64,000 bases of DNA from Gammaproteobacteria bacterium (GTDB lineage: Bacteria; Pseudomonadota; Gammaproteobacteria; Pseudomonadales; CAMLJR01). The notes under the pieces were generated by a model that saw only the letters and a list, made by a program, of their open reading frames with translations, made no database searches and was not told where the DNA came from. Shown piece by piece: positions 37,350 through 46,637 of the stretch (positions within the stretch are counted from its first letter, which is position 1; every line of letters begins with the position of its first letter). The position numbers and the translations under genes were made by a program. The stretch spans positions 2,013 through 66,012 of the forward strand of contig JAJUJZ010000001.1 of NCBI GenBank assembly GCA_029265075.1. The letters are read 5' to 3'.

Positions 37350-38003
37350 ATGCTCAAGAAAGAACGCGTGCAATATATCCTGCAACGCTTGCAGGAACTC
37401 TATCCCAATCCGCCCATTCCCCTGCATCACCGCGATCCCTATACATTGCTGATCGCGGTGCTGCTGTCCGCGCAATGCACTGATGAACGGGTCAATCAGG
37501 TCACCCCGGCCCTGTTTGCGCGCGCTGACAACCCGCATGACATGGCTCAGGTACCGGTGGATGAGATTCAGCAGATCATCCGCCCCTGTGGTCTCTCACC
37601 TCAGAAAGCGAAAGCGATCAGCAGGCTGTCCCAGATTCTGGTCGATAAATACGATGGTGAAGTACCCAGCGATATCGACCTGCTCGAAGAGCTGCCCGGC
37701 GTCGGCCACAAGACTGCCAGCGTGGTAATGGCGCAGGCCTTCGGAGAACCCGCCTTTCCCGTGGACACGCACATCCACCGGCTCGCTCAGCGCTGGGGAC
37801 TCACCTCCGGCAAGAGCGTAGTGCAGACGGAGCGCGACCTGAAGCGCCTGTTCCCGAAGGACAGGTGGAACGACCTGCATCTGCAGATCATCTACTACGC
37901 CCGCGAATACTGCTCGGCACGCGGTTGCGACGGTACCGTCTGCGAGATCTGCCGCACGGTCTACCCCGACCGGAAGCATCCCAAAAAAACGCGTAAAGCG
38001 TAG
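37350..38003 (+). CDS. Endonuclease III-like HhH-GPD DNA glycosylase, 217 aa
   Basis: HhH-GPD core (LLSAQCTDERVN, LPGVGHKTASVVM with catalytic Lys, PVDTHIHRL with Asp). C-terminal Cys cluster CSARGCDGTVCEIC has non-canonical spacing. Confidence 0.8.
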   Translation: MLKKERVQYILQRLQELYPNPPIPLHHRDPYTLLIAVLLSAQCTDERVNQVTPALFARADNPHDMAQVPVDEIQQIIRPCGLSPQKAKAISRLSQILVDKYDGEVPSDIDLLEELPGVGHKTASVVMAQAFGEPAFPVDTHIHRLAQRWGLTSGKSVVQTERDLKRLFPKDRWNDLHLQIIYYAREYCSARGCDGTVCEICRTVYPDRKHPKKTRKA

Positions 38004-38121
38004 CCATACGCCGAAACGCGCCGCTTCGCAGCGGGTGCGCATCCACTTGCCACGGCGCCTCTTCAGTACCGCAGCGCTGTTTGCTATCCTAGCGCGCCCG
38101 TTTTCTGGCTCTGGATCCGCT

Positions 38122-38478
38122 GTGACCATTACGCTCTACGGCATCAAGAACTGCGACACCGTGAAGAAGGCACGCCTGTGGCTGGATCAGCATCAGGTAC
38201 CGTACCGCTTTCACGATTTTCGCGCTGATGGCATTGCGCGCGATGAGCTTGCCACCTGGCTCGCCGAACTCGGCAGTGATGTGCTAATCAACCGGCGCGG
38301 TACCACCTGGCGTCAGCTTGACGATGCGCAAAAAGCCACCGCCGACCAGGATGCCGCCACGCTGCTGGCCGAACTGCCCACACTGATCAAACGACCGGTG
38401 CTCGATCTCGGCGATCGTCGCGTGGTCGGCTTTCAGACTGCCCGCTACGCCGAGCTGTTCGACGGCTCTCTTCCCTGA
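38122..38478 (+). CDS. ArsC/Spx-family protein (YffB-like), 118 aa from GTG 38122
   Basis: (V)TITLYGIKNCDTVKKARLWLDQHQVPYRFHDFR..., N-terminal Cys in a thioredoxin-like fold. Position upstream of dapD is common. Confidence 0.8.
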   Translation: MTITLYGIKNCDTVKKARLWLDQHQVPYRFHDFRADGIARDELATWLAELGSDVLINRRGTTWRQLDDAQKATADQDAATLLAELPTLIKRPVLDLGDRRVVGFQTARYAELFDGSLP

Positions 38479-38496
38479 TTTCATAAGGACACCCAT

Positions 38497-39528
38497 ATGA
38501 CTGCCCACTTCGCTCTTGGCCTCGGTATCGGAACCCACAACGCCAAGGACGAGTGGCTAGAGGTGTTCTACCCCCAGCCAGTGCTCAACCCGGACACCGC
38601 CCTGGCAGCACTTTTTACTGACACACTCGCGTGCGATGGCAACACACCCGTGCTGCTCGACAACAACCTGCTGGCTGTGTTGCGCGACGGGCTGCAGCAG
38701 CGCGGCGAAGAGCGCCTGGCGCAGCTGGCCGGCAAGCTGCTCGAAAGCGACCGCCCGCGGGTTGCGCTGCTGCTCCGCGACGACTCTGCGCCCCGTTCGG
38801 TGCCGGAGATCTATCTCAAGCTGCACCTGCTTTCCCACCGTCTGGTACGACCGCACCAGCTCGACCTGACAGGCATGTTCACCACGCTGCCCAATGTCGC
38901 GTGGACCAGCCACGGCGCCATCGACGTCGCCGAACTGCCGGCGCGGCAGCTGGCAGCGCGCCTCGAAGGTCAAACGCTGCAGGTTTTTTCGGTCGACAAG
39001 TTTCCGAAAATGAGTGATTACGTCGTGCCATCGGGGGTGCGCATCGCCGACACTGCGCGGGTGCGCCTGGGGGCCTGGCTGGGTGAAGGGACGACCATCA
39101 TGCACGAGGGCTTCGTCAACTTTAACGCCGGTACCGAAGGGCCGGGCATGGTCGAAGGTCGCATCTCGGCAGGCGTGATCGTTGGCAAGGGCTCGGACCT
39201 CGGTGGCGGCTGTTCCACCATGGGCACGCTGTCCGGCGGCAATGACGTCATCATCTCGATCGGCGAAGGCTGTCTGATTGGTGCCAATGCGGGCGTAGGG
39301 ATCCCACTCGGTGATCGCTGTACCGTCGAGGCAGGGCTCTATATCACCGGTGGTGCCGTGGTGACACTGCTGGACGAGGCATGCAACCCCGTACGCCAGG
39401 TAAAAGCACGGGAACTGGCCGGTCAGCCCGATCTCCTGTTTCGTCGCAACTCGCAGAGTGGCGCCATCGAAGTGCTGACCAACAAATCAGCTATCGCGCT
39501 GAATGAAGCGCTGCACAGCAATAACTGA
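38497..39528 (+). CDS. dapD: 2,3,4,5-tetrahydropyridine-2,6-dicarboxylate N-succinyltransferase (long form)
   Basis: 343 aa. N-terminal helical domain plus C-terminal LbH hexapeptide repeats (GAWLGEGTTIMHEGFVNFNAGT...). AAGGAC SD. Confidence 0.9.
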   Translation: MTAHFALGLGIGTHNAKDEWLEVFYPQPVLNPDTALAALFTDTLACDGNTPVLLDNNLLAVLRDGLQQRGEERLAQLAGKLLESDRPRVALLLRDDSAPRSVPEIYLKLHLLSHRLVRPHQLDLTGMFTTLPNVAWTSHGAIDVAELPARQLAARLEGQTLQVFSVDKFPKMSDYVVPSGVRIADTARVRLGAWLGEGTTIMHEGFVNFNAGTEGPGMVEGRISAGVIVGKGSDLGGGCSTMGTLSGGNDVIISIGEGCLIGANAGVGIPLGDRCTVEAGLYITGGAVVTLLDEACNPVRQVKARELAGQPDLLFRRNSQSGAIEVLTNKSAIALNEALHSNN

Positions 39529-39606
39529 CCGGCACGAAAGCAGAGGCCGGATTGCCGCAACAGGCGGCAACCGGCAGAAAATTGCGGAGATCAGACAGCG
39601 AGTGAT

Positions 39607-39801
39607 TCAGATGGCCAGGTCCGGCACCCCACGGAATTCCCAGGTAGCCGCCCTGGGGACATGGGGGACAGTGCGCCGCTGCACGACTTCAATCTGTCCG
39701 CCACGTTGCAGAAATGCGCGAACCTGTTCATCGATCTCCCGGCGCAGGCGCGCCCGGGCGGCGACGGTAACAACCGGATGCTGTCTGGGTTGCTCTGACA
39801 T
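39607..39801 (-). CDS. Small basic hypothetical protein, 64 aa (possible SutA-like motif, unverified)
   Basis: ATG 39801 is preceded by a strong SD (GGAGAGGAGGA, 7 nt). MSEQPRQHPVVTVAARARLRREIDEQVRAFLQRGGQIEVV... The FLxRGGxIxxV motif resembles my recollection of Pseudomonas SutA, but this was not checked. Confidence 0.5.
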   Translation of the reverse strand: MSEQPRQHPVVTVAARARLRREIDEQVRAFLQRGGQIEVVQRRTVPHVPRAATWEFRGVPDLAI

Positions 39802-39890
39802 GCGTGCGTCCTCCTCTCCATTTAAAGCCCGCATTACACTGCTTGATCAACCTACCCCGCGCAGATGACAGCGCCGGGAAAACTGCATGA

Positions 39891-41054
<1,164 letters not shown>

Positions 41055-41085
41055 GAAACCGCTTCCGGGCGGCGCTTACGCGGCA

Positions 41086-41143
41086 GTTAACGCGCGTTAA
41101 CAACAGCGTTAACGTTGCATAACGTATTGAATAACCGTTATTT
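41086..41143 (+). promoter_or_regulatory. Candidate operator/promoter region of the TonB-receptor operon: phased TAAC array with nested palindromes
   Basis: Perfect palindromes GTTAACGCGCGTTAAC (41086-41101), CGTTAACG (41107-41114) and AATAACcGTTATT (41130-41142). TAAC cores at 41088/41098/41110/41120/41132. Possible TTGCAT(41115)-N17-TTATTT promoter. Confidence 0.45.
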
Positions 41144-41225
41144 AGTTGCGCTTCGCAGCGACAGACGGCACCCTGTGGCCTCCACTGCAGGGATGCGGCC
41201 AAGAGCGAGCTGTTAGAGGTCTGCC

Positions 41226-43394
41226 ATGCTGTCTGCCCCCGCGTCCCGTCTGTCAGGGCCCTTCTTTTTTCCAGTAAAATGCGCATTGGGTCCCGCTCTG
41301 CTGACTGGCAGCCTGCTGGCGACACCTGCCCTGTTCGCGGATGGCCACGGCAACCGGCTGCTGGAGGAGGTCCACGTGACCGCCAGTGCGGTCGCCGGCC
41401 TGCGCCTCGATCAGCCGACCGAGGGGGCATCCCGACTGGGACTTTCGGCCATGGAGCTGCCCGCCTCCGTCTTCATCCTTGATGGTGACCTGATCCGCCG
41501 CTGGGGCGACGCGACGCTGAATGAAGCGATCAGCCGCGCCACCGGCGTCTCCATCTCGGCCAGCCCCGGCAATGGTGGCTCTGCTATCGCCGCCCGCGGC
41601 TTCTCCGGCCACGGCTCGGTGATGCAGCTCTACAACGGTTCGCGCCTTTACGTTGGCTCGGGCACCCTCTCCTTCCCGTTTGACCCGTGGTCGGTGGAAC
41701 GCGTGGAAGTCCTGCAGGGACCAGCATCAGTGCTCTATGGCGAAGGCGCCATTGGCGGTGCTGTCAATGTGGTCAGCAAGCAGCCCAGCGATCATGCCAG
41801 CTCCGAGGGCCGCGTGGCGTTCGGCAGCGATGCCACCCGCCGCCTGGCCTTCGGTGCCACCGGGCCAGTCACCAGTGGGTTGGCTTACCGTTTCGATATC
41901 AGCCACAACCAGAGTGATGGCTGGGTGGATGACGGCCACTCGAAAAGCCTTGCCGTCAGCGGTGCGCTGCGCTGGCAGGCGACCGAAAATCTCACCTTCA
42001 GACTGGCGATTGATGACGCCCGGCAGGAACCGATGCGCTATTTCGGTGTGCCGCTGCGCAATGGCCAGTTCCTGCCGGGCCTGCAGGAAGCCAACTTCAA
42101 CGTCGCTGACGCCCATATCGATTACCAGGATCGCTGGGTCAGGGCCAGCGCCGACTGGCAGCCAGCCACCGCGCTGGCTGTCAGCAATGAGATCTACTGG
42201 CTTACCAGTGATCGTCACTGGCGCAACGCTGAAAGCTACCGGTTTGTGGCGGACGACCTGGTGCGCCGCACCGACTTTCTCGAGATCCTGCATGACCAGG
42301 AACAGATCGGAAACCGCTTCCAGTTCAAGCTGGCGCATCAGCTGTTTGGCCTCGCCAACGAGGCAGTGGTCGGCTTCGACGTCAATCGGGTGCGCTTCAC
42401 TCACGGCAACAATGCTCCCTACAGCGAAGATCCGCTGGCACCGTCACTGCTGAATCCGCTGGCGCCAACGCCGGGGCGGTTCATCAATCTCGACGGCACC
42501 GCCGACAAATTCAGGACCGAAACCCGGCAGTGGTCGCTGTTCTTTGAAGATCGGTTACGACTCTCCGACCGCCTGACACTGGTGGCCGGCGCACGCTATG
42601 ACGAGGCGCAGTTCGAGCGCTTCGATCTGGTCAGTCCCCAGCATGACATCGACAAGCGGTTCTACATGACGAACTGGCGCACCGGACTTATCTATAACCT
42701 CAGCGATGATCTGGTGGTATACGGCCAGTACGCCACCGGCTCCGACCCGCTCGGCTCACTGATCACCACCTCCGCCTCGCAGATCGACTTTGACCTCTCC
42801 GACGGAAAGCAGTGGGAGATCGGTCTTAAGCAGCAGTTTGCCAATGGTCGCGGCCAGTGGACGCTGGCGTGGTACGACATTCGGAAGCGCAAGCTGCTGT
42901 CGCGCGATCCCGACAACCCGACCATCACCCAGCAGGTGGGGGAGCGATCTGCCCGCGGTGTGGAGGCGGCATTTGCCTTCGAACTGGCTCAGGGCTGGCA
43001 CTTCAACGCCAACGCTACTGCGCTGCGCGCCCGCTTCGAGGATTTCAAGGAGGTGAGCGGCGGGACGCTGATTTCACGGGACGGCCGCGTCCCGGCCGGC
43101 ATTCCCGAGCGCACCGCCAACCTCTGGCTCTCCTGGCAACCGCATGCTGACTGGAGCGCCACGCTGGGCATGCGCTATGTCGGCAAGCGCTACGTCAATA
43201 ACGCCAACAGCGCAGCGGTCGATTCCTATCAGGTGTGGGATGCAGGGCTGCACTGGTATGCCACCGACAACATGCGGCTGGCCCTGCGGGTCTTCAACCT
43301 TACTGATGAGCTCTACACCACCTCCAGCAGCACTGCCCAGTGGCGCGTCGCGCAGCCGCGCAGCTGGGAGCTGTCGGCGGACTTCCGATTCTGA
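41226..43394 (+). CDS. TonB-dependent outer-membrane receptor (siderophore/metal type)
   Basis: 722 aa. Signal peptide, TonB box LEEVHVTAS, plug domain (LQGPASVLYGEGAIGGAVNVVSK), 22-strand-type barrel ending ...WELSADFRF. AGAGG SD. Confidence 0.9.
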   Translation: MLSAPASRLSGPFFFPVKCALGPALLTGSLLATPALFADGHGNRLLEEVHVTASAVAGLRLDQPTEGASRLGLSAMELPASVFILDGDLIRRWGDATLNEAISRATGVSISASPGNGGSAIAARGFSGHGSVMQLYNGSRLYVGSGTLSFPFDPWSVERVEVLQGPASVLYGEGAIGGAVNVVSKQPSDHASSEGRVAFGSDATRRLAFGATGPVTSGLAYRFDISHNQSDGWVDDGHSKSLAVSGALRWQATENLTFRLAIDDARQEPMRYFGVPLRNGQFLPGLQEANFNVADAHIDYQDRWVRASADWQPATALAVSNEIYWLTSDRHWRNAESYRFVADDLVRRTDFLEILHDQEQIGNRFQFKLAHQLFGLANEAVVGFDVNRVRFTHGNNAPYSEDPLAPSLLNPLAPTPGRFINLDGTADKFRTETRQWSLFFEDRLRLSDRLTLVAGARYDEAQFERFDLVSPQHDIDKRFYMTNWRTGLIYNLSDDLVVYGQYATGSDPLGSLITTSASQIDFDLSDGKQWEIGLKQQFANGRGQWTLAWYDIRKRKLLSRDPDNPTITQQVGERSARGVEAAFAFELAQGWHFNANATALRARFEDFKEVSGGTLISRDGRVPAGIPERTANLWLSWQPHADWSATLGMRYVGKRYVNNANSAAVDSYQVWDAGLHWYATDNMRLALRVFNLTDELYTTSSSTAQWRVAQPRSWELSADFRF

Positions 43395-43410
43395 CGTAAG
43401 AGGTAAGCTG

Positions 43411-44931
43411 ATGCGACTGCCCTGGAAACGCTGGCTGTTCCTGACCCATCGCTGGCTTGGCATCGCCCTTGCGCTGGTGGTGACGGCGTGGTTCTTCAGC
43501 GGCATCGTGATGCTGTACGTGCCATTTCCCGAACTGACGCCAGCAGAACGGCGGGCCGGACTGGCGGTGCTCGACTTCAGCACCGCGCAGCTGACCCCGG
43601 CAGAGGCGGCAGCTGCAGTCGGCCTGCCGCCCTCGGCATGGCCGGTGACGGTGCGTTTCCGCATGCAGGGCGAGCGTCCGGTCTATCAGTTCGGCGAGGC
43701 GGGCAGCGCCGTTTTCGCCGATAGCGGCGAGCAGCTGGAGCCGGACGGCAATGACGCGGCAGCAGCTGCAATCGATTTTCACGCCCGGCGCACCGGCAGC
43801 GCGCCGGGCGTCGCCAGCATCGAACTGATCGAATACGATCAGTGGAGCCTCTCCAGCGCGTTCCGGCGCCACCTCCCGCTCTATCGGGTGCAACTCGACG
43901 ACCCGGCCGGCCATCACTATTACGTCTCGTCGCTGACGGGCGAAGTGCTGCTCGATACCGCGCGCCGCGAACGTCTGCTCAACTACTTCGGCGCCGTGAC
44001 GCACTGGCTCTATCCCACCGTGTTGCGGCGCTACAGTGCACTCTGGAGCTGGCTGGTGGAAATTCTGGCCGGGCTGGCTGTGGTGATGACGCTGACCGGG
44101 CTCTGGATGGGCTGGTTGCAGTGGAAGCGCAAACGCGCACCGGGCAAGCGCGTGCCCTATCGCGGTCTGGCTCGCTGGCATTATTTTGCTGGCGTGATAT
44201 TCGGCATCCCGGCACTGACCTGGTCGTTCAGCGGCCTGCTGTCGATGAATCCGGGCAATCTCAACCCATGGCGCGCCCCTGACGCGATGCAGCGCGCGGT
44301 ACTGGCCGGCGCGCTCGAGCACCAGCAGCCGGGCCATTTCGACACGCTGCTCCGCCACTTCCCAGCCGATGCCGTCGCGGCACAAAGTTTCTACATCGAC
44401 GGTGAGCCGCGCCTGCTCGTCACCCATCAGAACGGCCGCCGCAGCCAGCTCGATCCCGCGGGCCGACCGGTCGCGCCCCCCTCTGTCGCGATGCTGGCGC
44501 AACGCCTAGCGGCGCTGCTGCCCGAAGAGACCGCCGAGATCGAACAGCTCGATGCATATGACAATTACTACAAGCCGCGGCGGCATGCCCCCGACCCGGC
44601 GCCGCTGCCTGTCTTACGAGTGCGCTTCGACGATCAGGACGCCACCTGGTTTCACATCGATCCGTTCACCGGGCAGATCATCGATCGCCTCAGCGCCAGC
44701 AACCGCCTTTATCGCTGGCTCTATAACGGTCTCCACTCCTGGGATTTTCTCTGGCTCGTGGAGCGCCGTCTGCTGTGGGATAGCGTCATCATTGTGCTGT
44801 GCAGCGGCGGATTTGCACTCAGCCTGTCTGGCGTGATCCTTGGCTATCGTCGTATATTCGGCCGTCGCCATCGGGCACGTGCCCGCATAGCGCCGGCCGT
44901 TACGATTCGAAGCGGTAGCCGAATCGCCTGA
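43411..44931 (+). CDS. PepSY-associated TM-helix protein (PiuB/FoxB-like), 506 aa from ATG 43411
   Basis: MRLPWKRWLFLTHRWLGIALALVV..., repeated H-x-W-L-Y type TM motifs (VTHWLYPT, LYNGLHSWDF). AAGAGG SD, 16 nt after the receptor stop. The ORF-track start at 43144 overlaps the receptor. Confidence 0.85.
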   Translation: MRLPWKRWLFLTHRWLGIALALVVTAWFFSGIVMLYVPFPELTPAERRAGLAVLDFSTAQLTPAEAAAAVGLPPSAWPVTVRFRMQGERPVYQFGEAGSAVFADSGEQLEPDGNDAAAAAIDFHARRTGSAPGVASIELIEYDQWSLSSAFRRHLPLYRVQLDDPAGHHYYVSSLTGEVLLDTARRERLLNYFGAVTHWLYPTVLRRYSALWSWLVEILAGLAVVMTLTGLWMGWLQWKRKRAPGKRVPYRGLARWHYFAGVIFGIPALTWSFSGLLSMNPGNLNPWRAPDAMQRAVLAGALEHQQPGHFDTLLRHFPADAVAAQSFYIDGEPRLLVTHQNGRRSQLDPAGRPVAPPSVAMLAQRLAALLPEETAEIEQLDAYDNYYKPRRHAPDPAPLPVLRVRFDDQDATWFHIDPFTGQIIDRLSASNRLYRWLYNGLHSWDFLWLVERRLLWDSVIIVLCSGGFALSLSGVILGYRRIFGRRHRARARIAPAVTIRSGSRIA

Positions 44932-45757
44932 CATCGGCTGCATAGAGCCGTTCGACAATCGCCACCGTGCGATCAGTGTAATAGCTGCGGTAATCACGGC
45001 GTCGCGATCTGCGTTCGTGGGTCAGGTCGGCCGCCACCCCGAAGCGCTGGGTCAGCTCGGCGAACGCCGCTGGCAGCGCTTCAAAGCGGTAGATCCTGTC
45101 AACCAGATTGCGCCCCCGGCAGTCGGTGGTGAAGTAGCTCTGGGCGAAGAAAAAATCCTCTGCCAGTACTCCGTTGCGGAAGCGAAAATCATCCTCCAGA
45201 CGCAGCACGAAGGTCTCAAAACTCTGCTCACCGAGCCAGTGCGTCGCCCATCGCTGCTGCTTTTTCCAGGTGGTGCCGTTGCGGAGAAATTCGAACGTCG
45301 AAACCAGCCGATCCCATGGGTTGCGCACCACGGTAAAAACGAAGTAACGGCGAAATTCTTCGCGGTAGTGGCGACGGATCACCCGCGCTGGCGTGTGGGT
45401 GTACTGAATCTCGGTCATACCCAGCGATCGATAGATGCTGGTGCCGGCGGTTTTGGGGATATGCACAAAGAACGCTTCATGTTCGACGTTCCACGGGGTC
45501 AGGGGATCAAAGCGCGGGTCGTGACGAATGCGCTCGGCCCACCACAGTTCGAACCAGCGGTGCTGCAGCCCCAGCAGCCGCGCGATGCGCGCATGACGAC
45601 CGCCCAGCTGGATCGATCCTTCGGCCAGCGGCAGACTCACAGCAGCACACTCCGGCTGGGGCTGATGAGTGGTGAGCAGATGGCTGACAGACAATTCAGA
45701 CGCACACTTGACCCTCCGTTGCAGCGCCTGAGACTCTGCTGCCGGAGGGCCGTTCAA
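44900..45757 (-). CDS. Sulfotransferase-family protein (PAPS-binding HIPKTAGTS motif); start uncertain
   Basis: FFVHIPKTAGTSIYRSL 5'-PSB-type loop and RNPWDRLVS region. No ATG occurs upstream of the motif; candidates are TTG 45757 (285 aa) or GTG 45640 (246 aa). The 3' end overlaps the PepSY gene by 32 nt. Confidence 0.7.
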   Translation of the reverse strand: MNGPPAAESQALQRRVKCASELSVSHLLTTHQPQPECAAVSLPLAEGSIQLGGRHARIARLLGLQHRWFELWWAERIRHDPRFDPLTPWNVEHEAFFVHIPKTAGTSIYRSLGMTEIQYTHTPARVIRRHYREEFRRYFVFTVVRNPWDRLVSTFEFLRNGTTWKKQQRWATHWLGEQSFETFVLRLEDDFRFRNGVLAEDFFFAQSYFTTDCRGRNLVDRIYRFEALPAAFAELTQRFGVAADLTHERRSRRRDYRSYYTDRTVAIVERLYAADVRRFGYRFES

Positions 45758-45791
45758 TGGCCCGGTGCAGGCTGTTTCACGTTCTGACGAT

Positions 45792-46508
45792 TCAGTGCGG
45801 TGCGCGTGACTGCCGCTGCTGCCGGCGGCTCTGCCGCAGGCGACGCATGGCAGCCTGCGTCCGCCGGCGGTATGCCCAGTAGACGATGGCGAGGATGTAG
45901 CAGACGATGGCCGGAATGATCAGCGCGACAAAGCCGATCCACGCGTACAGCACCGCACCTAACACGCCGCCGAGCAAAAAGCCCACTACGATCAGCAGAA
46001 ACAGCAGGACCCGGCGGCCATTGACCGACTCGCCCTTCAGCAAACCGCCCAGCATGATCCCGAGATCCGTAAAAATACCGGTCAGATGCGTGGTGCGCAC
46101 CACCGCCCCGCTGTAGCGGGTAGCGAAAGCGTTCTGCATGCCACAGGCCGCTGAAGCGAGATAGTGACCAGCCAGACTGCCCTCGCTCAGTGCATACGCA
46201 GCCATTACCAGCAGCGAGCCTTCCATGAGCAGCAGTGAATCGTAGTGGCGTCCCAGCTTGAGCGAGTAACTGGGGAGAAAATAACCCGACACGGCCGCGC
46301 CGAGGACGAAGCTGATCAGAATGCCAAACAGGTCGAGCGCTCGCAGCGGTGATACCAGCAGCTCGGAACCAAGCAGCGTAGCAATACCCGTAAGATGAGA
46401 GATGGCCTGGTGCTGGACCCCCAGCATGCCCACTGCATTGATCAGGCCGGCCAGCAGGGCCAGCGTGAACGCCCCATACTCAACCCATCTGGGTAAGCGA
46501 CTTACCAC
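45792..46508 (-). CDS. YoaK/DUF1275-family inner-membrane protein
   Basis: 238 aa, 6-7 predicted TM helices, LLAGLINAVGMLG...HLTG... pattern typical of DUF1275. GTG start with AGGAG SD. Confidence 0.75.
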   Translation of the reverse strand: MVSRLPRWVEYGAFTLALLAGLINAVGMLGVQHQAISHLTGIATLLGSELLVSPLRALDLFGILISFVLGAAVSGYFLPSYSLKLGRHYDSLLLMEGSLLVMAAYALSEGSLAGHYLASAACGMQNAFATRYSGAVVRTTHLTGIFTDLGIMLGGLLKGESVNGRRVLLFLLIVVGFLLGGVLGAVLYAWIGFVALIIPAIVCYILAIVYWAYRRRTQAAMRRLRQSRRQQRQSRAPH

Positions 46509-46637
46509 TTCGGCTCCTGTCCTCCTGTCATTAACAATCCGCCCGGGGCGGGCAACAACTGTTCAAACATAGCAGAGCGGCACAGTGGATGCAGAATGGG
46601 GGCGACCCACTGCCGGTACAGGGCAGGCCTGCGTCTT

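Noticed and set aside
41144-41225. Cobalamin or other riboswitch upstream of the TonB-dependent receptor
   Set aside because: The leader is at most about 80 nt and lacks a B12-box-like element. It is too short for the known receptor-associated riboswitches.
43144-43410. N-terminal extensions proposed by the ORF track, for example PepSY from 43144, rnhB from 18277, lpxB from 19404, dxr from 27498, tsf from 31501, rpsB from 32474, CitE-like from 51442 and tilS from 12849
   Set aside because: Each extension overlaps the upstream gene and adds non-conserved low-complexity residues. An internal start gives the conserved N-terminus, usually with an SD or ATGA/GTGA coupling.
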